NCBI GenBank assembly: GCA_012295275.1
Contig: CM022671.1
Location: 10,974,001 to 11,038,000, forward strand
Direction of reading: 5' to 3'
Origin: Chrysomallon squamiferum
Lineage: Eukaryota; Animalia; Mollusca
Length of the DNA: 64,000 nt
Made by a program: the position numbers and the translations under genes. Below, piece after piece: positions 42,714-54,080 of this stretch (the stretch's first letter is position 1; every line of letters starts with the position of its first letter). Below the pieces are notes generated by a model that saw nothing but the letters and a program-made list of their open reading frames with translations, searched no databases and had not been told where the DNA came from.

Positions 42714-45700
42714 CGCGCATATACACAAACATACAATATATATATATATAAACACACATACACACACACACACAGAGACACACACGCACACACATATGTA
42801 TATAAAAATATTAAAAAACATATATACCATCATGTTTTTTCTTTTCCTCCAGATATATTTACTTACTCGTATTTCGATCTGCATGTTTATTAGCACGAGT
42901 AAAAGACACAGTTGTATTAGAATACAGCATAATTTCCTTCTGAGTGCCGTGTACTTTCTCTGCAACGCTTGGAGTTCAGTATTCACAATTAAACTATCTG
43001 CTCATCTCAACAGCTCTTGTTGCTCAAAGAAAGCAGAATGTCAGAGGAAATTAACAAAACGCTTTGTGAAACGATGATTTTTCTTTCATGAAAAATCGAT
43101 TAATATTTTCTTCTATTTAAATTATAACAGCTCACGTTTGTTTAATCTTAGAAATATTCGTATAGTAACAAGCATACACACAAACATATATATACCTGCA
43201 TAGACACATACACACACACACACAAGCAAGTAAATATATATACATATATATATATATGCAGTCACACACATACATGCATACAAACGCATACACATAAACA
43301 TGTGTGTATTCAAAAACATACATACAAATAGAGATATATATACGTATATGTAAAAAAAGATAAATGAACGGTATTTTCACTTTCAGTGTAAGTTTTGTAT
43401 ATTTCACAAAGTAACAGTTTAAACGTAGGATTCAGGATCGTTTGATTTTCTCTAAAGCTGATTGTTTCATTTCGACACTGCTGTGATAAGACAGTTATCA
43501 GTCATTTTAATAACTCGTCAACAGACATTAGACAGGCAGATACTTAGTGTTTTCAGGCGATGGATTAAACACGTTATATTTGCCTAAACCATTACCACCA
43601 CGGTAATAGCCATTAAGCACATCCGACGACCTTGTGAATAGGTTTAATGTTCATGAACTGAAATCAAGATGATTAACGGAATATCTAAATAATTAAGAAA
43701 GGTAAAATTGCTATTTCCTATTTCACGAAGTCAACAATATTGGTATCAAGCTGATTTAATATAAAATTTCCCAATATGCCTTATGAAACGTGTAAAGTTA
43801 CAAGTGATTGAACAAAATGAACTTACATTTCGTAACCTTTGTAAATACACGACTACACGAGCACACCTTTGTTCAGTATCATTTCTAGACGAATTAAAAC
43901 TAATTTGTATTACCTCTGCTCACAATATAGCTCGAATTGCCTCTATAAGAAAAAATCGGAATTTAATTAATCAAAATGCCTTTTCTTTACTTTTTATTTT
44001 TTTAAAAATAATAATAATCTTTAACAGAAACATCGGATAAAAACATCAGAAACAGAACAATACACTGAAATTCAAACCAAATTTCTAGAGAGACTTTATG
44101 ATGTTATTGTTTTTATTTAATTATTCTTTTATTTCTAGCCGATTGTTTTCAAATTTTATAAATTATATCTGTCTCTTTTTTTCAGAAATAGTTTCATTGT
44201 TTATAATGTTGTCGAAGCAGTAGTAGTAAAATACAAGTAAAAATGTTTTATAAATCGTCCTTAATAAGACTGAATACACTGATACAAAGCTTGAACGAAA
44301 CAGATTTTAAAGATCTCGAGAATTACAGCGCTTCAAGCTGAACTAACTGTTTTAGAAATCACAGCGCTACAAGCTGAACTAACTGTTTTAGAAATCACAG
44401 CGCTACAAGCTGAACTAACTGTTTTAGAAATCACAGCGCTACAAGCTGAACTAACTCTGTTTTAGAAATCACAGCGCTACAAGCTGAACTAACTGTTTTA
44501 GAAATCACAGCGATACAAGCTGAACTAACTGTTTTAGAAATCACAGCGCTACAAGCTGAACTGTTTTAGAAATCACAGCGCTACAAGCTGAACTAACTGT
44601 TTTAGAAATCACAGCGCTACAAGCTGAACTGTTTTAGAAATCACAGCGCTACAAGCTGAACTAACTGTTTTAGAAATCACAGCGCTACAAGCTGAACTAA
44701 CTCTGTTTTAGGAATCACAGCGCTACAAGCTGAACTAACTGTTTTAGAAATCACAGCGCTACAAGCTGAACTAACTCTGTTTTAGGAATCACAGCGCTAC
44801 AAGCTGAACTAACTCTCTTTTAGAAATCAATTTGTTTATCTCAAGTGCCGGTTAACATTAAATTGACATTTGAGACTGTTAATCATTTCTGTATCACTGC
44901 AAGGTAAAGTATCTGTTTTTATAACGATGCCAAAGATTCGGATATAAATTTGTAAATAATGGGAGATAGAGTGCGGTAATTTTGTATTAGGTTTATGAAA
45001 GACGTACTGCTTCTGTAGCTTGTACAGTTTTAATAGTTCGTACAACTAGTATAGATCATACAGGCAGTATACTTCGTAGAGTTCTTGTAGATCATATATA
45101 GAGTACAGTTCATATAGCTCGTATAGCTCGTATATCTCACACAGCCTTATAACTCGAATATTCGTACAATTCGTATAGAATAGCTCGTGTAGCTCATATA
45201 GGTAGTACAACTCGTATAGATCATATAGGCAGTATAGCTCGTACAACTCACATAGTTTATATAGTTCGTGTAGTTCTTGTATCTAGTAAATAGCCGTCCT
45301 CTCGTAAAGCTCGATACTCGTATACCAGTGCAGTTTGTACATCTCGTAAAGCTCGATACTCGTATAACAGTGTAGTTTGTACATCTCGTAAAGCTCGATA
45401 CTCGTATACCAGTGTAGTTTGTTCATCTCGTAAAGCTCGATACTCGTATACCAGTGTAGTTTGTACATATCGTAAAGCTCGATACTCGTATAACAGTGTA
45501 GTTTGTACATCTCGTAAAGCTCGATACTCGTATACCAGTGTAGTTTGTTCATCTCGTAAAGCTCGATACTCGTATACCAGTGTAGTTTGTACATCTCGTA
45601 AAGCTCGATACTCGTATACCAGTGTAGTTTGTACATCTCGTAAAGCTCGATACTCGTATACCAGTGTAGTTTACATATCGTATCGTAAAGCTCGATACTC

Positions 45701-48677
45701 GTATAACAGTGTAGTTTGTTCATCTCGTAAAGCTCGATACTCGTATAGCAGTGTACATCTCGTAAAGCTCGATACTCGTATACCAGTGTAGTTTGTACAT
45801 CTCGTAAAGCTCGATACTCGTATAACAGTGTAGTTTGTTCATCTCGTAAAGCTCGATACTCGTATAACAGTGTAGTTTGTTCATCTCGTAAAGCTCGATA
45901 CTCGTATACCAGTGTAGTTTGTACATCTCGTAAAGCTCGATACTCGTATAGCAGTGTAGTTTGTACATCTCGTAAAGCTCGATACTCGTATAGCAGTGTA
46001 GTTTGTACATCTCGTAAAGCTCGATACTCGTATACCAGTGTAGTTTGTTCATCTCGTAAAGCTCGATACTCGTATACCAGTGTAGTTTGTACATATCGTA
46101 AAGCTCGATACTCGTATAACAGTGTAGTTTGTTCATCTCGTAAAGCTCGATACTCGTATAGCAGTGTACATCTCGTAAAGCTCGATACTCGTATAGCAGT
46201 GTACATCTCGTAAAGCTCGATACTCGTATAACAGTGTAGTTTGTACATCTCGTAAAGCTCGATACTCGTATACCAGTGCAGTTTGTTCATCCTCGACACT
46301 CGTATACCAGTGTAGTTTGTACATCTTTACTCGTATAACAGTGTAGTTTGTTCATCTCGTAAAGCTCGATACTCGTATAACAGTGTAGTTTGTTCATCTC
46401 GTAAAGCTCGATACTCGTATACCAGTGTAGTTTGTACATCTCTCGATACTCGTATAGCAGTGTAGTTTGTACATCTCGTAAAGCTCGATACTTTTAGCAG
46501 TGTAGTTTGTACATCTCGTAAAGCTCGATACTCGTATACCAGTGTAGTTTGTACATCTCGTAAAGCTCGATACTCGTATACCAGTGCAGTTTGTACATCT
46601 CGTAAAGCTCGATACTCGTATACCAGTGTAGTTTGTACATCTCGTAAAGCTCGATACTCGTATACCAGTGTAGTCTGTACATCTCGTAAAGCTCTTATAG
46701 ATCGTATAGCTATCGTAGCTACAATAGCTAGTGTTAGTTGTATAGCCCCAACAACTGCTGTAGCTAGTTTCCCCTTGTATAGCGCTTATAACTCCTATAA
46801 CTATAACAGCTTTTGTAGTTCGTATAGCTCCTACAGCTAGTACAGCTTTTGTAGTTCGTATAGCTCCTATAGCCAGTATAGCTCTTGTAGTTCGTATAGC
46901 TCCTATAGCCAGTATAGCTCTTGTAGTTCGTATAGCTCCTATAGCCAGTATAGCTCTTGTAGTTCGTATAGCTCAGTAGCGCACATAGAAATATATCTTA
47001 TTTCTTTAAGTATCGTTTCTGTATGTAACACACAACATGACAGAAACACTTTTTGTTATTTTCTTCATCTGATCCGACACATAAATCGCTTTCTTTTTTT
47101 ACGACAAAGGAAGTTGATAGAATTAACTGAAATTACAATCTCAATATTATTCCTATTTTTCTTGATAATTATGATTATTATTATTTATTTATTTATTTAT
47201 CCAATTTAATTTAATTTAATTTAATTTAATTTAATTTAATTTAATTTAATTTAATTTAATTCTGTTTTATTTTTAATTTTTCCTGATGTTTGAAACTATA
47301 CTGTATTACATTATACGATCGATAAAAAAAATATATTGTCACAGTTTCTTTCGTTATCCATCATCATATTTTCTTGACAAGGTTATAAGCCCTTGACACT
47401 GAGTCTCAAGTACAAGTACTGTCACACAGTTACTCTGGAACACGACGTGATCTTTACGTAAAGAGAAAAACACAACAACAAACACGTAAAGCAAAAACAA
47501 ACAACAAAACAACTAATCAAACATAATCAGCATAGGTCTGTCAGTACAAGATATTTAGTGTTTGTTTGTTTCTTCTTCTTCCTCAACATCATCATCATAT
47601 TCATCATCTTATTATTTATTTATTTACTTATTTATATATATATATAGCTTATATTTAGGAACGAAAAGCATGGATCAAATATTAAGCTAACAGAAAAAAA
47701 AGGAAATTAAAGAAATAATAATAAAAAATAATGAAAGCGATATCTGCTAATAGTACGAACAATTTTGTTACTGCGACTTCATAACATTTATAAAAAAAAA
47801 AAAAAATAATAAAATAAAATAAAATAAAAATTAAATGCCATAAACCACGACAGTAATGTAAAAATAAAATTAAAGTACATTTACAGATTCGAGTAACATT
47901 GCACAAAATATGAGAAAAAATAGAAAAATCCATTAATTATCATCATCAGCAGCAGCATCATTATCATCATTATCATTATCATTATTCTTTTCTTCTTGTT
48001 ACCATTATTAATTATACATACACACATACATACATATACACAAACATACATACATACATACATACAAACAAACAAACATGCATACATACGTTTGAAATAA
48101 CTGCTACATGACACTAAGTAACAATAAAAGCTTATTTTTAACTTACAATAAGCCATTAATGTCGAATAGCTATCCGAGTAAAAGTAAAAATAAAATGAAT
48201 TTAAAAAATTGTTTTTCGTCATATAAAATTTCATTAATGGTCATTTGCATTTTTTTTTTTTTTTTTTTTATTAATTTTTTTTTTTTTTTTATTATTTTTG
48301 TTCGTTCGGAGAAATACAACCTGACAAGCAAACAATTAAGGAACGTTTTTTCAAGTATAAAGTTACAGATATATCCTCGTTAAGAATTTAATATTAAACC
48401 TTTGCACAACAACAACATCAATAATAACAATAATAATTATAAACACCATCATCGTCGTCACAAAAATGGTAATCGAATTATTAAATATAAAATAAAAGAA
48501 AATGATAATTTTAACCTGACTTACATTCTCATATTTGGATGTTGATTCATATTTGTTTAGATCATATTAACCATCATCATCATCATGTTCAATGTATATA
48601 TGATTACTTAAACCTTTTTTTATTACTTACTTTCAGTTCGTTTATTTCTGTGGGTTTTTACTTCATTATTATTTTTA

Positions 48678-48742
<65 letters not shown>

Positions 48743-50307
48743 CATCATTATTATTATTTTAAATATAATGTCCAGCCGATGAGTTATAATCTTTCTCAAA
48801 ACTGCTCTGTCATCAAGTCAATCAGGAGCCATCGCTCGCCCGTCTGGTGTAATGAATGGACTTCACGGCCGACTAGCCCAGCGAGAACATCGGGTCATAA
48901 TGGAGAAGAGAAAAACGAAATTCAGTTGACTTTGAAACAAATGGCTAAATCACATGAAACTAACGTAGCGAATATCCTTAATGAATCCCCGGAGCAACTA
49001 TCGTTAGAGTTTACCGCATGGGGAAGTTTGCATCTTGTGCTCGATAATTCGTTTTCTGCATCACAACACGTTACCCAGTGGCATGTTTGTGATGCCATGG
49101 TTTAAGTGATGACATCGTTTTCAGTTTGAAGTTATTTCAGTGAAACTGTTTCAGCTTCTGGTGGAAATTAAATAGTTAGGATTCAGTGGCTGCTGTGTGT
49201 TTTTACGATTATATTTCTTCGAATGAATATAAAGGGTTTAGTTAGCGAAAAGTTTTGTTTGATTTTTCGTACCTTTTAGGATTTTGAAATATAAAGATTA
49301 TAGCCAGAGGACAGGATTTAAATCTAATAATAAATTCTATTTATATATCGTATACACCTTAAGCACACAGGTTGCTGGATTTTTTAAATAGTGTTTTTAA
49401 TAATTTTATTCATGGAATAAATTGTGTCGTATGCTAAAACATCAGAAAACTGCAAGATATCACCGTTACTGAACTTTTAGGATTCTGACAGACTAGGAAA
49501 ATACAAATATTAACAACAACGATACCACCAACAAAAAAAACAATAACAACAACAACAACAGCAACAGCAGCAGCAGCAACAACAACAACAATAATAATTA
49601 ATTAATTCAATACATACCTAATGCATATATAAATATATACGCATAAGTACGTACGTACATACAGACATACTAATTTACAAATATATATACACAAATATAA
49701 ATATATACTTATATATACATACATCTTAAACACATATACACACATTCAAACATACATACGTACACCTACATTAATAAATCACTTAGAAGATATTTGGTTT
49801 AAACTTTTTGTATTAGAAAGGATTTTATAAAATCTGTGGTTTATAAGTTATCGATATGACACGTCCCTCGCAGATTACTTCATTATTCTAATTTTAAAAC
49901 AGCTACTTAGCTCTTCTAGCTAATGTCATAATTTTCTGCGGTTTATCGCAGATTAAGTTTCTGTTTTAGCTACGCCCTCTAATTTCCCTGGAATAAATCG
50001 CATAACAGCGGTGAATTTGTAATTATATTCAAAAGGGGACAAAGCAAGGTCAAACGTAAGTCCCGAAAATGACACACGAAAAAGCGCGTTATTAAATATT
50101 TTCGTTCACGTATAATTACTGATTATAATCATAAACATTATTAATTATGTAAAATAGTTTACAAGAGCATCGTGTGCTAGCGTTTGCTGACAGTTATGTG
50201 TGTGTGTGGACGTGTAAAATGTGTGTGTGTACGTATGCGCATGTGTTAATATGTATGTGGGTATCTATAGGTATGCATGTATTATGTATTAATGCATGTA
50301 TGCATAC

Positions 50308-50345
<38 letters not shown>

Positions 50346-51947
50346 TGTCTCTGTGTATATGTGTGTTTGTGAAAGACGATTAACTGAAATATACTTAAAC
50401 TTGTGTCTGTGTATATGTGCGCGTGTTATATGGAATGGAATGGAAAAAATTAACGTGCTAATTAGCAATAAAAGGCGGGCTTTCTGACAGGTCAGCGGGC
50501 GTGTCTGTCGCAGATCGTTTTTATAGTCAGTTTTTATTTGAAACTGTTAACATTAGCCGCCGATGTTAAATGTTAATTGATTTAGCGTCTAACGACGAGA
50601 CGGATAATGTTGTTATTGCTGTATTTTAGCAGATTACACTCGGTATTTCAAAAAAATGGATTACTTGAAGAAGAAAATTAACTTTTAAAAAAATTAAGGG
50701 ATTTGAACAAAAACCTTTGTTATTTTAAAATGAATAGCAGTAAATCCTACGACTTTAAATGAAAAGCCTACCATTATTTCTTTTCATTTCTATTTATTGC
50801 CAGTTTCGAACGTCTATATTGTAAAATGAAAATTGTATTTGCGTTGTAACGTCAGTCACATTTAACATCAAACAGAATGGGAACACTTAAAGTAATGATA
50901 TTGTCTACGTATTTTCCAATCATCTTAGTTTCATCAAACAAAGAAAATTACCTTCTGCACCAGATTGTGTAATGGACCCGAAGACAAACGACGAGTTTGT
51001 TCAAAACCGCGATTGTTCAATACTAATTAGCACAACACAATACTAATTAGCACTGTTGAATTAATATTACAAGATATGTTGTACTTCACTTAATGAGTTT
51101 ATATTTCTACATATCTATCCTTACTGCTAGGTACTTTTTATTTAGTTCTGTTCTTTCTATAACTTTTACTTGTTTTTGTTGACCAATCAGAGATTTGTTA
51201 AGTAAATACAAATATATATATATAAGTTTTATCTTATTCTAAGCGTTATAAAGTTAGAAAATATTTGTATAAATACTATCATTTTAGTTTTGTTATTAAG
51301 GAGATATTAACGCTGCAGGTAGAGGTTTTTTTTTTTTTCTTCTTCTTTATTTAGTTTCTTATTGTGATGAACTAGAAGACTGATAACGATGATGCTGATA
51401 GTTTGCATTATTTATATATTTATTTATTTGCAGCATTAGACTATTTTTTTCTTAAAAGTTCATGAAATTATTTTTCCTTTCTTTTTCTACAGAAATCACT
51501 GACAAATCACGTGACTGGTTTACAGGGAAAAACGAGGGAGAGACAACTCAAGGGTTGCTGCCTGCTCTGTTAGAAAACAATCACGTGGATCTGCCAACGA
51601 ATCAGCAACAAGTTAGCAAACGTCTGCTCGACTCTATTCGATTCAGGGCTGGGATAGGACTGGGCAAGAGACTGTCGCTGCTGCAGGAGTTACAAAAGAA
51701 TATTCAAACAACAGCTGACCTGATTGGGAAGTCAAAAAATAAAATAACCAACGATTTACTCAGCACTAAAGATATGTTTTCTAAAATAACGAGTAAATTC
51801 CCCGAAGAGAGCGGTGACTGGAGGGACATGTTTCCCAGCCGAAAGGTGCCCAAGAGCAAGGTTCGACCCAGCCTGCCTAAGGCGACGACATTGCAGAACC
51901 GCAAACATCTCCAGCCTGTCGTCTACTGGATTGGAATCGGAAGATAA
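42514..51947 (+). CDS. Putative neuropeptide precursor (prepro-hormone), 175 aa; join(42514..42586,51493..51947)
   Basis: The signal-peptide exon [24 protein letters not shown] ends in phase 1 (G|gtaaga) and matches the phase-1 acceptor ttttccttt...ctacag|AA at 51493. The product contains [18 protein letters not shown] and [15 protein letters not shown]-stop, i.e. dibasic convertase sites plus Gly amide donors. Confidence 0.8.
44320..44829. repeat. 36-bp minisatellite, about 14 copies, in the prohormone intron
   Basis: Unit gaaatcacagcgctacaagctgaactaactgtttta with 32-bp and 38-bp length variants. Confidence 0.95.
45300..46694. repeat. 42-bp minisatellite, about 33 copies, in the prohormone intron
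   Basis: Unit tctcgtaaagctcgatactcgtata(c/a/g)cagtgtagtttgt(a/t)ca; accounts for the repetitive minus-strand ORFs in the track. Confidence 0.97.
46813..46974. repeat. 36-bp (4 x 9 bp) tandem repeat, about 4.5 copies
   Basis: ttgtagttcgtatagctcctatagccagtatagctc-type units starting at 46813, 46849, 46885, 46921 and 46957. Confidence 0.9.
51493..51947 (+). CDS. Neuropeptide precursor, terminal coding exon with two predicted amidated peptides
   Basis: Polypyrimidine acceptor, 455-nt open frame richer in GC than its flanks, KR...GKR and RK...GR-stop motifs, tandem TAA TAA stops. Confidence 0.85.
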
Positions 51948-52059
51948 TAAGGATCTCGTAATGACTGATATTGCTCACAGATGATCAAATGAGAATTCGT
52001 TAATTTCACTGAAATAATTATTTCTTAAGGGTTATCTGAAAGAATAGACCTTTTGTTTT

Positions 52060-52095
<36 letters not shown>

Positions 52096-52173
52096 GTTTG
52101 GTACTTTTTATTTATTTACTTTGGGATTGTTATGATTCGTAATGAATGCCACTCAATGAAATTATAAATTTTA

Positions 52174-52278
<105 letters not shown>

Positions 52279-53406
52279 AAATAAATAAATACTCACTCAA
52301 GACTTTTTCCTTTTTATAACTAAACCTTAATAATAATTTACACTGAAATACAATGAAAATCGACATATCATATTTCACTGGCATTTTATTCGACATTGGA
52401 GGCGCTGTTACATGTATTTTTTTGAATCGGATCTTTGGTGGTGGGGTTTCGGTATTTCTCCCAAGATAATCTTTGTGTGAATATTCTTGTTTACCGAATA
52501 TCTCATAGATTCTTGAGTAAACAGTGAAAGAAAAGATTAAATTAATCGTCTAATTTTAGTTACCCAAGAAATTTGTAACTTCATAATTGTAAATTAAAAA
52601 CTCAGTTTCATCATAGTTTTATTGTCTTGAAAATATATGTTAATTATTGTATGATTTGAACATTCGCTGTATAAGCTCAGCTATAAAAAAATGATATAGA
52701 TATAAGTTATTATATATATATTTTTTAAATGGAAACAGAAAAAAATGGTTCGAAACAAGCTATTATATTCACCTAAGCGGTTTCTTATTTCACATAACCA
52801 TATAAAAAGAAGAAGAAGAAAAAAACTCCACCAAAAACAACCAGAAAGCACAACAAAATGCCATAGAAAACAAAATAAAAAAACTGTTTGTAATGAATTC
52901 AGAACATGTAAAAAGGTTTTACGAATATGTATTAAATGATATAGAATATTGAAAACAATAAAATCGTATTATGTTTTACTGTCAGTAAGTTTATATTTGC
53001 TTGTTTGAAAATGTCAAGTGTATAAATATATAAAAAATAAATAACGTTTGCTAAACAGAACAGTTACTTGTTATTTTTACTAGTGGTGCAGCATGCGCAG
53101 CCTCCTCCTCTTCATCTGCTGCTACTACTAATGTGTTGTTGTTGTTGTTGTTTCTGTTATTATATTTTTGGTGGTGTTGTTATTAATATTATATGATAAT
53201 TTACAAAATGAATAATGAACTCTTCCAATCGAAACCAGATGAATAACAAAGTACTGTGCAAATCAGAGAAACACAAAACCATTTCAAATCCATACGTAAC
53301 TTCAACTAACTAGCTGACTAACAATTACTGTATATTTAAACTATCAAAGATAATTTATTTAGACATCTGTAATTAAAAAACAACATCAAAAACAACAAGA
53401 GCAACC

Positions 53407-53467
<61 letters not shown>

Positions 53468-53854
53468 GCAATCATAGACACTATTTCACGCAGTACGTGA
53501 TTTCCATTAAACAAGATGACCGAGGTGCTGATTACACGGACAGTTATTCAGAATTACAAATTATCGGTTCTGACTTAAGATAAAGTCATATTAATCGGTG
53601 TTATCTGTTTTTGAAAAATAAAAATTTGGAAAGATGTTCAAGCATGCTGTTTCTTGTATATATATATATATATATAGTATATATGTAAGTTCTGAAGCTT
53701 TCAGTACACAACATAAATGTAAATGCTATGTTCCTACTGAAAAATATCAGTATGTGAAATAAAATAATAAAATTACAATATCCGTTCCTGAAATGGCCAA
53801 CATAACTATAGACAGCCAGAAAGACAGACAGATAAAAACATAGATTATATTATG

Positions 53855-53942
53855 GATAGATAGATAGATACATTCATACAAATATACATTTATACATATA
53901 CATACATACATATATACATATATACATACATACATACATACA

Positions 53943-53976
<34 letters not shown>

Positions 53977-54080
53977 CATATATATAGATAGATAGATACA
54001 CAGATTATAGAGATACATTAACAGGTAGACAGAGAGAGAAAGAGAGACAGACAGGTAGACAGATAGATAAGCAGACAGGT
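53855..54080. repeat. Compound (TACA)n/(TAGA)n/(CAGA)n low-complexity tract
   Basis: Directly visible. Confidence 0.9.

Noticed and set aside
45283-46682. Long minus-strand ORFs (338, 138, 63 and 62 aa) with [14 protein letters not shown] and [14 protein letters not shown] repeats
   Set aside because: They are translations of the 42-bp minisatellite. The reading switches between the two peptide motifs at indels, there are no splice signals or unique domains, and the array lies inside an intron of a + strand gene.
44320-46694. CRISPR-like appearance of the 36-bp and 42-bp arrays
   Set aside because: The units are head-to-tail with no unique spacers, there are no cas genes, and the context is eukaryotic.
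48297-48309. 13-nt match to the 5-prime part of miR-375 (tttgttcgttcgg); similarly agatatgtttgat near 16589 matches the start of miR-190
   Set aside because: The matches stop after 13 nt and the flanks do not form a pre-miRNA hairpin.
48539-49105. 188-aa ORF with a complex 3-prime half
   Set aside because: The 5-prime half is (TAT)n, there is no recognisable motif, and I found no phase-compatible splice pair to insert it into the prohormone; more likely intronic regulatory sequence.
51462-51492. [10 protein letters not shown] as the start and signal peptide of the 161-aa ORF
   Set aside because: These codons are the intron polypyrimidine tract and AG acceptor. The hydrophobic stretch is too short, and a proper phase-matched signal-peptide exon exists at 42514-42586.
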